Positions 1 to 12,500 of a stretch of DNA of 64,000 nucleotides are shown one piece after another. The stretch is taken from positions 480,001 through 544,000 of the forward strand of contig CBDCXM010000009.1 in assembly GCA_965223855.1 (NCBI GenBank). The letters run 5' to 3'. The notes below the pieces were generated by a model that ran no database searches, had not been told where the DNA came from, and was given only the letters and a program-made list of their open reading frames with translations. Each line of letters opens with the position of its first letter. The stretch's first letter is position 1. A program made the position numbers and the translations under genes. This DNA is from Candidatus Multivoradales bacterium. Lineage in GTDB: Bacteria > Acidobacteriota > Thermoanaerobaculia > Multivoradales > JAHEKO01.

Positions 1-2327
1 ATCGCGCCGAGGGCATCCACGAGGCCGGCGCCCTGCTGGAAGACGCTGTAGGCCAGCACCTCCTCCTCGACCGCAGGGCGACTGGTATCGAGCAGACGGC
101 ACTTGATGTCGTCCGGAGTCAGGAACGGCTCGAGTTCGAGCAGCAGGGCGGCAATGCCGCTGACCACCGCCGCGGCCTGGGAGGTCCCGGACATCATGAA
201 GTAGTCGTTGCCGTCGTGAAAGTCGGGATGCTCGATGGCGAGCGTCGACTGGGCCGACATGATCGCCAGCACGTGGCCTCCCGGCGCCACGACGTCCGGC
301 TTGACGAAGCCTTCTACAGTCGGCCCGACGGACGAGAACGAGGTGAGGAAGTCGTCGGTCGGCCGCTGCGTGATGTTGTCCGACACCGCCCCCACGGTGA
401 TGATGTAGGGGACGTTGCCGGGCACCCCGATCGTCATCGGCTCGGGACCGTCGTTGCCGGCCGCCGCCACCACGACCAACCCCGCCTCCCAGGCCGCCAT
501 CACCGCCTGGTTGAGCGGGTCGTCCCAGTAGTGCGACACCGGGGTGCCGCTGAACGAGAGATTCAGCACCCGGATGCCGTAGGCGGCGCTGTTGCGGACC
601 GCGAAGTCGATGGCTCGGATGACGTCGAGATAACAGCCGCGGCCGTTCTCGTCGAACGCACCGATCGAAATCAGCTCGGCGCCGGGGGCGACGCCGTGGA
701 AGCCGTTACTGCGCGAGGAATCGCCGTTGACGATGACGCTCGAGACGTGGGTGCCGTGGCCGTAGCCGTCGGTCGGAACTCCGGCGCCCTCCTGAGAGAC
801 GATCGTGTCGGCGACCGCGTCGTACTGCACCCGCAGCCGCGGCCCGTGGGGGCCCGAGACGAGGGCCGGGTGGTTCCACAGCCCGGTGTCGACCACCGCG
901 ACCCCGATCCCCGCCCCGGTGATACCGGCGCTGTGAATCGGGCCTGCGTTGACCCGCCGGGTGTGGGTCACGTCGGGCACGTAATCGTCGACCTCGACGA
1001 CGACCTCGTCGATCCACATCCTCCCGCCGCCGCCCTCGGCATCGACCCGGAAGCGCAGCAGCGTCGTCGGACTGATCAGCCCGCCGAGATCCGCGGACAC
1101 CTCGCCGGCCACCGTGCTGGACCTCTCGAAGATCGCGAGCAACTCGAAGGTCGCTCCCTGGTCGGCACTCCCCTCGACGACGACGCGGTCGCCCGGCATC
1201 AGCTCGTGCTGATAGCGAAACGACAGCCACGCCTCCACGGCTCCGCTGAGATCGACGGCGCGGGTGACATGGCGGCCAAAGCCGCCCCAGACCTGCATCT
1301 CGAGGCACGAACCGCTCCAGCAGCGACTGTCGGTCCGCACCAGGATCCGCCCGCTGCCGGCGGAGTCGTCGTCGTGCTCGCGCCAGCCGCCGAACCAGGA
1401 GAGGTCGCCGTCGTCGCCCTCGTAGGAGCCGTCGTCGAGCCGATCGCGGATCGTGCCCGCGCTGTCGCTCGATGGTGGCGGCGGCGGGCCGCCGTCGCTC
1501 TCGATCCACTCCACCTCGACGTCGTCGATCCAGACGAACTTGCCCGGGCCGGACGAGGTGGTCCGGAAGCGGACCCGGGTCTGCGGTCCCACCCACGAGG
1601 AAAGGTCGATCTCCTCCCAGCCCCCGGCCGCCGACCAGGCGTGATAGGTGCGCAGCGTCTCGTAGCTCGCGCCGCCGTCGGGCGAGACCTCGAGCACCAC
1701 CTCGTCCCTGCCTCGGAGGGTCTGGTGGAAGTGGTAGCGGAGGGTCGCCGCCACTGCGGCGCTCAGATCGACCTCCCTCCACACCGAGTCGCACGCCAGG
1801 TTCCTGGTCCGCACGGCGAGACAGGCTCCCGAGGTGCACCTCGGCGAGTGCTGCACCTGGCACATACCCGAGTCGGCGCTGCCGTCGTCGTCCTCGACCC
1901 AGCTGCCGCTCCAGCTGTGGCTGCCGTCGTCGTTCGAGTAGCCGATGGTGTCGAAGCGGTCGGCGACCGTGTGAACGGCCGACCGCAGGTGCAGCGGGCG
2001 GTCAGGGGTGATCTCGAGGCCGTCGCTCTCGCGCAACCGTTCGACCTGCTCGGGAGTCAGTTGAGCGCCGACCGCCCGGATGATCCCGAGTTCGTGGGTG
2101 ACGGTGCCACCGACACCTTCGACGGCCGCCACCAGCGAGGCCACCTCGGCACCGCGGACGATCATCGAGCGCGTCGGTACCGGGTCGGCAGGGCCGTGAG
2201 CCGACGGCACCGGCGAAGGAGCGCCGGTACAGGCCGTCAGAGCCAGGGTCAGTGGAAGCAGCACCAGCAGGAACCGACTTCCCCACCGGCCTCGCCCGGA
2301 ACCTGAGCGTGTCTCTACGAACTTCAT
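1..2327 (-). CDS. S8 (subtilisin/AprX-like) serine peptidase, probable lipoprotein; 3' end runs off the window
   Basis: Translated by hand (absent from ORF track). ATG at 2327 with GGAGG RBS; lipobox LTAC; propeptide-like segment; catalytic motifs VVDTG, HGTHV, AAGN, SGTSQA. Confidence 0.92.
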   Translation of the reverse strand, partial: MKFVETRSGSGRGRWGSRFLLVLLPLTLALTACTGAPSPVPSAHGPADPVPTRSMIVRGAEVASLVAAVEGVGGTVTHELGIIRAVGAQLTPEQVERLRESDGLEITPDRPLHLRSAVHTVADRFDTIGYSNDDGSHSWSGSWVEDDDGSADSGMCQVQHSPRCTSGACLAVRTRNLACDSVWREVDLSAAVAATLRYHFHQTLRGRDEVVLEVSPDGGASYETLRTYHAWSAAGGWEEIDLSSWVGPQTRVRFRTTSSGPGKFVWIDDVEVEWIESDGGPPPPPSSDSAGTIRDRLDDGSYEGDDGDLSWFGGWREHDDDSAGSGRILVRTDSRCWSGSCLEMQVWGGFGRHVTRAVDLSGAVEAWLSFRYQHELMPGDRVVVEGSADQGATFELLAIFERSSTVAGEVSADLGGLISPTTLLRFRVDAEGGGGRMWIDEVVVEVDDYVPDVTHTRRVNAGPIHSAGITGAGIGVAVVDTGLWNHPALVSGPHGPRLRVQYDAVADTIVSQEGAGVPTDGYGHGTHVSSVIVNGDSSRSNGFHGVAPGAELISIGAFDENGRGCYLDVIRAIDFAVRNSAAYGIRVLNLSFSGTPVSHYWDDPLNQAVMAAWEAGLVVVAAAGNDGPEPMTIGVPGNVPYIITVGAVSDNITQRPTDDFLTSFSSVGPTVEGFVKPDVVAPGGHVLAIMSAQSTLAIEHPDFHDGNDYFMMSGTSQAAAVVSGIAALLLELEPFLTPDDIKCRLLDTSRPAVEEEVLAYSVFQQGAGLVDALGA

Positions 2328-2417
2328 GACTTCACCTCCAAACACCAGATGGCTGACACCTTGCGGATCTTCACGACCCTCGAACGCTCTGCGCCCTGCT
2401 TTTCGCTTCCTCAGTCG

Positions 2418-5400
2418 CTACACCTCATTGCCCGCCCACCTGGACGGCTCCGGGACGACCAGTGGGGCGGTCGAGCTGCGCGACCGGAACGGCTGCCACG
2501 CGAGGTTCGCCGGATCCTCGATCGAGGTCATCGCGACCACCTCCCCGGCATCGACCAGCGCCGCCGGGTTCTCCCGCAGACCGCGGAGCAGACCGCGCGC
2601 GAAGGTCCGCTCGGTCGAGAACAGCCCGACCCAGGCGTTGCGCCCGCTGCGCTTCGCGGCATAGAGGGCCACGTCCGCAACGTTGACGACCTGATCCCAG
2701 GACATCGTCTCGAGGTCCGACTTGACGAACGGGTAGCACGCAACGCCGATCGAGCAGGTCAGCCGGACCACCTGCCCGCCCTCGACGACGAAGGGGCGCT
2801 CTTCGATCTCGGAGCGGATCCGCTCGGCAAGCCGGGCGACCTCCTCCGGACTGGAGCCTCGGGCGACCACCAGAAACTCGTCGCCGCCCCATCGGATCAT
2901 CAGATCGGGCATGCGGCAGCTCTCGTCGAGCACCTGCCGCACCTCCCTTAGCACCTGGTCGCCGGCGTAGTGCCCACAGGTGTCGTTGACGCTCTTGAAC
3001 TCGTCGAGGTCGATCATGAGGAAGACGAGATCGAAGCTGTCCGGCGCGATCGAGCCGGTCGCGAGCTCTTCATACTGGCGCTGGAGCTGAGCGACCTCCT
3101 TCTCCACCCACTCGAAGAGATAGCGGCGGTTCGCCATCCCGGTCAGCGAGTCGGTGAGACTCGCCTGCACCAGCTTCTCGTTGAGCGTCTCGAGCTGCCT
3201 CGCCCGCTCCGCCAGCTCTCCCGTGCGCGTCTCTACCTCGCGCTCGAGCTGCGCGCTGTACTCCTCCTCGCGACGCAGCCGTCGTCGATGAAGCGCCCCG
3301 TAGGCGAACAGCGCGCCGAGAGCGGCGACGGCGTAGAGGCCGTAGGCCCAGGTCGTCGCCCAGGGCGGGCTCTCGACCTCGACCGGCACGGTCAACCCCT
3401 GTTCGTTCCAGACGCCGTCGTTGTTCGCCGCCCTGACCTCGAACCGATAGCTCCCGCCATCGAGATCGGTGTAGGTCGCCCGGCGCTCGGATCCCGCTTC
3501 GGTCCACTCCTCGTCGAAGCCCACCAGCCGGTAGGTGAAGCGGTTGCGCTCCGGCGCCGCGAAGTCGAGAGCGGCGAACTCGAAGGAGACGACGTCGTCG
3601 CGGTAGCCGAGATCGATCGGCGCCCCTGTCGTCAAAGCCGCGAGGTCGAGCGGCTGGTGCTGCAGCAGGATCCGGGTCAGTACGACCGGTGGAACGTGGC
3701 GGTTGACCGACAGACGGTCGGGGTAGAAGCCGTTGAAGCCGTTGACCCCGCCGAAGAACAGCTCGCCGGAGGTGCTGCGGTAGTGGGATCCGAAATGGAA
3801 CTCGTCGGCCTGGAGGCCGTGGCTGTCGTCGAAGTTGGTGAAGGTCTCGGACTCCGGATCGAAGCGCGACAGCCCGCGGTTGGTGCTCAGCCACAGCTCA
3901 CCGCTCATCGATTCGAGAATCCCGTAGATATCGTCGTCCGGCAGGCCGTCGCGCTCGGTCCAGGTCCGGACGGTGAGGCTGTGGGGAGAGGAGGGGTGAC
4001 CGTCGACGCGGCTCAACCCGCCGCCGCGGGTTCCGACCCAGAGCACGCCCGACGCATCGGCGTGGAGTGCATAGACGACGTCCGAGCCGAGGCTCGCGGT
4101 GTCGAGCGGGTCGTGCCGCAGCGCCATGAACTCGCCGGTGCGCCGGTCGAGCGCATTGAGGCCACCGCCCTCGGTGCCGATCCAGAGCCACTCCCGAGGA
4201 CCGTCCTCGAGGCTCGTGACGCGCCCGGCGGTCAGACCGGCGCCGCCGTCGGGATCGTGGCGGTAGCGGACGAAACGGCCGGTCGCGGCATCGAGCCGCG
4301 CCAGGCCGCCGCCGAACGTGCCGACCCAGACGGCACCGCCAACGTCCTCGAAGACGGTCATGATCGCGTCCGACGGCAGCGAAGTATCGTCCGCGGGATC
4401 GTGCCGGTAGACGCTGAGCACCGAGCCGTCCTCGCGCAGACGGTTGAGGCCGCCGCCCATCGTCCCGACCCAGACGGTGCCCTCGCGGTCGCGCAGCAGA
4501 GTCATGACCCGGTCGCTCGACAGGGCGTCACGACGGCCGGGTCGATGGCGCAGCCGCTCCGCCGTCCAGGCGCTGCGGTCGAGGATCTCGATCCCGCCGC
4601 CGAAGGTGCCGACCCACAGCCGACCCCGGCGATCCTCGGTGAAGGAGGTGGCGTTCGGCTCCAGCAGCAGCGCCGTCTCTTCGTTGCCCGGCGCGACGTG
4701 CCCGAAGGCGAGGGTCGCCGGGTTCCAGCGATCGACCCCGGCGGTCCGGGTGCCGAGCCACACCACACCGCCACGGTCCTCGTGGAGGGACATCACGACG
4801 TCGGAGGCGAGACTCCGCCGGTCGAGCGGATCGTTGCGCTCGCTCTCGAAGACGGCTCGCCCCCGATGCCGGATGGCCAGCCCGGTCGGTGTGGCGATCA
4901 GGAGACGACCGTCCCGATCCTCGAGCAGGGCCTGGATCCGGTCGTCCGGCAGGCTCGCCGGGTCCGCCGGATCGTGACGAAAGGTGACGAAACCGCCCTC
5001 ACGATCGAGGCGAGCCAGACCGCCGCCCCAGGTCCCGATCCACAGAGCCCCCGAGTGGTCCTCGAGGATCGCCCGCACCTCGTCGGCGGGCAGCGTGCCG
5101 GCCGTCTCCGGGTCGTGGACGAAGCGCTCGACCCGCCCGCTTTCCGGCTCCAGCCGCACGAGACCACCGTCGGTCGCCACCCAGACGACGCCCTCCGAAT
5201 CGCGGTGAACCGCATAGACGGCGTCGGCGACTCCCGCTGTGTCGCTCTCCGGCCGCAGGCGTACATGGGCGACCTCGCCCGTTCGGGGGTCGAGCCGATC
5301 GAGCCCCGCATCCAGCGTTCCGACCCAGACCGAACCGTCCTCATCGACCTGGACGGAGCGGATGCGGTCGCTCGCGAGACTCGCCGGATTCTGCGGATCG

Positions 5401-5813
5401 TGACGGTAGGAGGAGAAGGCCCCGGTCACGGGATCGAAGCGGTTGACGCCGCCGCCGACGGTCGCGATCCACAGCCTGCCGGCCGCATCCTCGTCGAGAT
5501 CCCATACATAGTCCGCCGACAGCGACGCCGGGTTGCCGCGTTCGTGCGAATAGACACGGACCTCGTGACCGTCATAGCGGTTGAGCCCGTCCTCCGTACC
5601 GAACCAGAGGAAACCGCGGCTGTCCTGGTGGACGGCGAGCACGGCGCTCTGCGACAGCCCGTCGTCGATCGTCAGATGGTCGAAGCGCATCGATGCCGAT
5701 GCGGTGTTCACTCCCGCGAGGAAGCCGACGACGACTGTCAACCAGGTTGCGGTCGTCAGCCGCCATGGCCCTCCTCGCGGTCCCGCGACCTTCCATCGCT
5801 GGTCTCTCTTCAT
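2418..5813 (-). CDS. Diguanylate cyclase with periplasmic beta-propeller (Reg_prop repeats) and Y_Y_Y sensor
   Basis: Repeated D-x-x-G-x-LW-x-GT-x-GG motifs, Y_Y_Y-like ATYTDLDGGSYRFEVRA, TM helix, intact RWGGDEF. Confidence 0.93.
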   Translation of the reverse strand: MKRDQRWKVAGPRGGPWRLTTATWLTVVVGFLAGVNTASASMRFDHLTIDDGLSQSAVLAVHQDSRGFLWFGTEDGLNRYDGHEVRVYSHERGNPASLSADYVWDLDEDAAGRLWIATVGGGVNRFDPVTGAFSSYRHDPQNPASLASDRIRSVQVDEDGSVWVGTLDAGLDRLDPRTGEVAHVRLRPESDTAGVADAVYAVHRDSEGVVWVATDGGLVRLEPESGRVERFVHDPETAGTLPADEVRAILEDHSGALWIGTWGGGLARLDREGGFVTFRHDPADPASLPDDRIQALLEDRDGRLLIATPTGLAIRHRGRAVFESERNDPLDRRSLASDVVMSLHEDRGGVVWLGTRTAGVDRWNPATLAFGHVAPGNEETALLLEPNATSFTEDRRGRLWVGTFGGGIEILDRSAWTAERLRHRPGRRDALSSDRVMTLLRDREGTVWVGTMGGGLNRLREDGSVLSVYRHDPADDTSLPSDAIMTVFEDVGGAVWVGTFGGGLARLDAATGRFVRYRHDPDGGAGLTAGRVTSLEDGPREWLWIGTEGGGLNALDRRTGEFMALRHDPLDTASLGSDVVYALHADASGVLWVGTRGGGLSRVDGHPSSPHSLTVRTWTERDGLPDDDIYGILESMSGELWLSTNRGLSRFDPESETFTNFDDSHGLQADEFHFGSHYRSTSGELFFGGVNGFNGFYPDRLSVNRHVPPVVLTRILLQHQPLDLAALTTGAPIDLGYRDDVVSFEFAALDFAAPERNRFTYRLVGFDEEWTEAGSERRATYTDLDGGSYRFEVRAANNDGVWNEQGLTVPVEVESPPWATTWAYGLYAVAALGALFAYGALHRRRLRREEEYSAQLEREVETRTGELAERARQLETLNEKLVQASLTDSLTGMANRRYLFEWVEKEVAQLQRQYEELATGSIAPDSFDLVFLMIDLDEFKSVNDTCGHYAGDQVLREVRQVLDESCRMPDLMIRWGGDEFLVVARGSSPEEVARLAERIRSEIEERPFVVEGGQVVRLTCSIGVACYPFVKSDLETMSWDQVVNVADVALYAAKRSGRNAWVGLFSTERTFARGLLRGLRENPAALVDAGEVVAMTSIEDPANLAWQPFRSRSSTAPLVVPEPSRWAGNEV

Positions 5814-5837
5814 GGCCGTCCCTCTCGGTCCTCGTTC

Positions 5838-7871
5838 CTACCGGTCGTCTCTCTCGACCGTGTCTCCATCCCGCGCAGAGCCCTCCCCCGCAACCCGGCC
5901 CCGGGTTGTGTCGCGGGCGAAGGACTCTGCGCCTTGGCGGTCGCCGGCCTCGATCCCCGGCACCGCCTCCATCTCGGCCTGGCCCTCGAGAGCCCGCCGA
6001 AACTCTCCCGCTCGCACCGCGGGAGAGAAGTGAAAGCCCTGCAACTCGTCGCATCGCCAGGCTCGCAGCAGCTCCTTCTGGCGCGCGCGCTCGACCCCTT
6101 CGGCGACGACCGTGAGGTCGAGGCTGTGCGCCATCGTCACCATGGCGGAGGCGATGCCGGCGTCGCTGCTGCTGCTCGCCAGGCCCGCCACATAGGAGCG
6201 ATCGATCTTGAGCACGTCGAGCGGAAAGCGCTTCAGGTAGCCGATCGCCGAGTGCCCGGTTCCGAAGTCGTCGACCGAGAGCCGGACGCCGAGCCGCTTC
6301 AACTGATGGAGCTGCTGGAGGACGACACGATCCTGCCGCAGGACCCCCTTCTCGCTCAGCTCCAGTTCGAGCAGCTCCGGCGGGACGCCGGTGTCGCTCA
6401 ACACCTCTTCTACGAGCGCCGCCAGATCCGATCGGCGCAGCTGGCAGGAGGCGATGTTGACCGCCATCCTCACTCGCGGGAGATCCGAAGCGAGCCACTC
6501 GGCGAGCTGACGGCATGCCGTCTCGAGGACCCACTTGCCGATCGCGAGCATCAGATCGGTCCCCTCGGCGGAAGGGAGAAACTCGGCCGGGCGAATGATC
6601 CCGTGCTGCGGATGGCGCCAGCGCAGCAGCGCCTCGGCCGCGACGATGCGCTCCGACTCCGCACAGATGAGCGGCTGGTAGTACAGCTCCAGCTCATCCG
6701 CCTCGAGCGCCTTTCGCAGTCGCTCGTGAATGTCGACCTTGCGCTGCGAGAAGCCCTCCATCGAGCTCTCGTACGAGCGCACCACGCCGCCTCCCTGGCG
6801 CTTGGCCTCCGACATCGCCACCTCGGCGTGCTGAAGCAGGTCCTCGCCGCTCTCGACCCTGCGGCCGGAAAGTGAGATGCCCACCGTTGCCGACAGGTAG
6901 AGGTCGCGGCCGGCCACCTGGAACGGGTCAGCGAGCACCTCCAGCACCTTGCGGGCCGCCTGCAGCACCTCGTGGCGCGACGAGACGTGGGTCAGGAGCA
7001 CTGTGAACTCGTCGCCGCTCAGACGCGCCAGGGCTGCGGTGCCGATGCCCGGAGTGCTCCGCAGGACGAGGTCGGAGCGCTGGACACAGCTCTGCAGCCG
7101 CTCCGCCACCTGGCGCAGGATGCGATCGCCCTCCTCGCGGCCGACCACCTCGTTGATCGCGCGGAAACGGTCGAGGTCCATGTAGAGGACGCCGACCTCG
7201 CACCCGTGCCTCGAGTTGGTCAGCGCGCGATCGATGAGCGCTTCGAAGCGCTTCCGGTTCGGCAGTTCCGTCAGATGATCGACCTGACCGAGGCGACGGA
7301 GCCGCTTCTCCGCCTCCGAGGCCGACCGTTCCGCGAGGTGCCGAGCCTCGCCGGCCTGTTCGACCGCGCGGCGCGCCAACTGCAGCCGAGAGAGATGCTC
7401 GAGCCGGCGACCGATGAGGTTCCAGCTCCACGGCTTGCGGACGACGTCCGTCGAGCCGCACTCGAGCGCACTCTCCGCCTCGGAGGCGCGACTGCACAGC
7501 GTGACCACGGGCAGACCGTCGTCGCCGGCCGCTTCCCGCACCGCCGCCGGCAACGACCTGCCGTCCACCCGGTGAAGACCCTCCGCAAGGACGATGGCCG
7601 GCGCGGTCGAGCCGGCCGCCTCGACCGCTGCGGCACCGTCGGCGACCACGGCCACCTCGAACCCCCAACGACGCAGCCAGCGGCTGCCCCAGCGCACGGT
7701 CGAGGCGCTGCGGCTGACCACCAGAACCGTCGGCCGGCGCTCGTCCGGCGCCGGCGTTGCGCTCTCCTCCTTCGCCGCGACGGCCGGCCCCGCTTCACCC
7801 GGCAGTACCGGTGGAAGCGTGGCAGCTGGCTCCTCGGCGACGAGGCGCAGTGTGGTCTCTCTCCTCTGCAA
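5838..7871 (-). CDS. REC-like/GGDEF/EAL bifunctional c-di-GMP enzyme
   Basis: DLDRF, SGDEF, EALLRW, DDFGTG, AEGVE motifs; degenerate N-terminal receiver. Confidence 0.92.
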   Translation of the reverse strand: MQRRETTLRLVAEEPAATLPPVLPGEAGPAVAAKEESATPAPDERRPTVLVVSRSASTVRWGSRWLRRWGFEVAVVADGAAAVEAAGSTAPAIVLAEGLHRVDGRSLPAAVREAAGDDGLPVVTLCSRASEAESALECGSTDVVRKPWSWNLIGRRLEHLSRLQLARRAVEQAGEARHLAERSASEAEKRLRRLGQVDHLTELPNRKRFEALIDRALTNSRHGCEVGVLYMDLDRFRAINEVVGREEGDRILRQVAERLQSCVQRSDLVLRSTPGIGTAALARLSGDEFTVLLTHVSSRHEVLQAARKVLEVLADPFQVAGRDLYLSATVGISLSGRRVESGEDLLQHAEVAMSEAKRQGGGVVRSYESSMEGFSQRKVDIHERLRKALEADELELYYQPLICAESERIVAAEALLRWRHPQHGIIRPAEFLPSAEGTDLMLAIGKWVLETACRQLAEWLASDLPRVRMAVNIASCQLRRSDLAALVEEVLSDTGVPPELLELELSEKGVLRQDRVVLQQLHQLKRLGVRLSVDDFGTGHSAIGYLKRFPLDVLKIDRSYVAGLASSSSDAGIASAMVTMAHSLDLTVVAEGVERARQKELLRAWRCDELQGFHFSPAVRAGEFRRALEGQAEMEAVPGIEAGDRQGAESFARDTTRGRVAGEGSARDGDTVERDDR

Positions 7872-8078
7872 CGTCTCTCGACCCGGCCGACCCCCGAGAA
7901 GCGGGCGACCTTCGGACTCGTCGGGACGACGAGATCTGGGTATTCAGCCCTTGAGAGCAAGGGACGTACCAGGCTCGACCCCCTGTCGGACAGGGTCTAA
8001 ATCTATGTAGAGAGGAGACTTACGGCGTGCCGGGATCGCGTGAGGTCAAGCGGCCCGTCCGGATCCCGGACGACGCGT

Positions 8079-9419
<1,341 letters not shown>

Positions 9420-9519
9420 CGTCGATCGGCCCTCGCCCCGGAAGGAGGCGCCCCCGAACCAACCTTCGATCGCGGCATGCTATCCCACACCGCGCCCGCC
9501 GGGACAGGCGACCCGCGGA

Positions 9520-12500
9520 TCAGCGCGAGTAGCGGAATTCGGCGAAAGAGACCCGGAAGAAGAGGGAGTAGAGGACCGGAACGACTCCGAGTGTCAGCAG
9601 GGTGGCGAACACGAGGCCGAACATGATCGCCACCGCCATCGGTTGATACATGACGCCGCCGCCGAGATAGAGCGGGATGAGGCCGCCCAGCGTCGTCATC
9701 GTCGTCAGCAGGATCGGCCGCAGCCGGCGCTGCGCCGACTCGACGATCGCGCGCTGCGGCGACAGACCGTTCTCGCGCTGCTCGATCTCGATCCGGTCGA
9801 GCAGCACGATGGCATTGTTGATGACGATGCCCGCGAGCGACACCACCCCCAGGAGCGTCATGAAGCCGAAGTACGAGCGCATCACCAGCAGACCGAAGAT
9901 CACGCCGATCATCCCCAGCGGGATCGTGATCAGGATGATCGCCGGTCGCCGCAGCGAGTTGAACTGCGCCACCAGCAGCAGGACGATCAGGAGCCCGGCG
10001 ATCGGCAGCTTGGCGCCGATCGAGGCGTTGGCCTCCTCGGAAGCCTCGTCCTCGCCGCCGATCTCGTAGCTGTAACCGAGCGGCCACTCGGCGCGGTCCT
10101 GGTCGAGGAGCGGCACGAGCTGCTGGTTGACGGCGATCGCAGTGAACCCGGGATCGAGATCGGCGGCCACCGTGACCGTCCGCAGCCGGTTGCGCCGCCG
10201 GATGTTCGCCGGCTGCCAGGCGACCTCGAGATCGGCCACCTGCTCGAGCGGGAGGGAGCGCCCGGTCGCCTGCGAGTAGACGTTGAGGCTCGAGAGCTTT
10301 CCGAGGTCGAGCCGGTCGGCCTCGACCGAACGAAGGGTGACCGGGATGATCTTGTCGTCCTCCCGGTACTCGGTGGTCGTGATGCCCGAGAGCACGGTCT
10401 GGAGCGACAGCGCGATGTCCTGGTTGCTCACCCCTGCACGCTGTGCCCTCGCTTCGTCGACCCGCACCAGGAGCTTCTTCGAGCGCGCCCCCCAGTCGTC
10501 GGCGAGGTTGCGGGGGCCATCCACTTCACCGAGACGACGCTTGACCTGATCGACGAGCCGGAAGACGACGTCGCTGTCCGGCCCGGAGACCCGCACCTCG
10601 ATCGGATCACCCGCCGGAGGCCCCAGCGGCAGAGGGTCGATCTGCGCCTTGAGACCCGGGAAGCGACGCGCGAACACCCGCAGTGTCTCGACCGCCTCGT
10701 CGATGTAGGGGCGTGTCGTCGCGTTGGCGACGATGATCGCGTACTCCGGGCTCGCCTGCTCGGGGCCGTAGGAGAGGAAGAAGCGCGGCGCCCCCTCGCC
10801 GACGAAGGTCGCCCAATCGGTGAGCCCGACGGCGCCGGCGGCCGCCTCGTCAGGCGTCACCAGCAACTCCTCCCTCATGAAGGCCTCGAACTCGGCGGTC
10901 AGCTCCGAAGTCCTGGCGAGCGGCGTGCCGGTCGGGAGCCGAAGCTCGGCGATCAGGCTCGCCCGTTCGTTGGGCGGGAAGAAGATCGCAGGCACGAAGG
11001 CGAAGAGCTGCATCGAACCGAAGAACACCAGCGCCACGATCGCCACGGTCTTCCACGGGTTGCGCAACGCCAGTTGGAGCAGCCCGCGGTAGCGACGGTA
11101 GAAGGTGGAGTCGTAGCTCTCGCCCTCCTGCTTCTTCACCTTGAGGAAGAGCACGCACAGGAGCGGGATCATCGTGATCGCCAGCAGCCACGAGCACAGG
11201 AGCGTGATCGTCACCACCTGGAAGAGCGCCGCCGTGTACTCGCCGACCGCCGATTCGGCCAGGTAGATCGGCAGGAAGGCTGCGGCGGTCGTCAGCGACG
11301 ACACCAGCAGCGGCAGCTTGAGCTCCGCCGCCGACGCGATCGCCGCCTCCTTGACGCTCTTGCCCTCCCCGGTCGAGACCAGGATCGACTCGGACATCAC
11401 GATCGCGTTGTCGACCAGCAGACCGAGCGCGATGATCAGTGCCGCCAGCGACATCGAGTTGATGCCGACGTCGAACAGCGACATGAAGTTGAAGCTCATG
11501 ACGATCGCCATCGGGATGAGACTCGCCACCACCAGCCCGGTGCGCAGTCCCAGGCTCACCAGCATCACCAGCATGACGATGCCGACCGCCTGCAGCAGGT
11601 TGCCGACGAAGTCGTCGACCCGCTTCGCCACCTCGCCGGCCTGGAACTGCGTGAACTCGAACTCGATGCCGTGCGGGTAGGAGTTGCGGGCACGCTCGAT
11701 CGCCGCCTCGACCTTCTCGCCCAGCACGAGGATGTTGCCCCCTTCGCGCAGCGACACCGCGAGCGCCAGCCCGGGCACACCGCTGGCGCGCATCAGACGC
11801 TCCGGAGGGTCGATGTATCCGCGGGTCACCGTGGCGACGTCCTCGAGGTAGACCAGCTCGCCGCTGCCCGGAAGCCGGAGGATGGTCCGCGCCAGATCCT
11901 CCACCGACTCGAAATTGCCCGACGGTTCCAGCACGATCACCTCGTCGTTCGTGCGTACCTCGCCGCCCGGGTTGATGATGTTGCGGCTCTCGAGCACCCC
12001 GGAGAGCTGTCCCGGCGAGAGTCCCAGTTCCGCCAGCCTGGCGTTGTTGAACTCGACGAACACCCGCTCGTCCTGGGTACCGTGCACCGCCACCTTGGCG
12101 ACCTCGTCGATCAGCAGCAGGTCGTCGCGCACCGCCTCGGCGACGTCCTCGAGCTCGGCGTAGGTGTAGCCGTCGCCGGTCAGGTTGACGACGGTGCCGA
12201 AGACGTCGCCGAACTCGTCGTTGACGTTCGGGCCGATCACGCCGTCCGGCAGCTCCCCCGACGCCCTCTGCACCTTGCGCCGCAGGTCGTCCCAGATCGG
12301 GCGCATCTCCGTGTAGCGCTCCTGGATGTCGACCAGCACCACGGAGACGCCGTTCTTGGATTGGCTCGAGATCGTGTCGACCTCCGGCATCTCCTGAATC
12401 GCCTTTTCCAGCTTGTCGGTGACGAGCTGCTCGACCCGCTCCGGGCTGGCGCCGGGGAAGTAGGTGAGGATCATCGCGGTGCGGATCGTGAAGCCGGGAT

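Noticed and set aside
2350-2364. TGGC-N7-TTGC sigma-54-like -24/-12 motif
   Set aside because: On the plus strand, pointing away from the S8 gene and antisense to the cyclase; probably chance.
7889-7901. GACCCCCGAGAAG, matching the transposase end motif
   Set aside because: Only 13 bp in GC-rich DNA, with no continuation into AGGTTCCGGGTGA.
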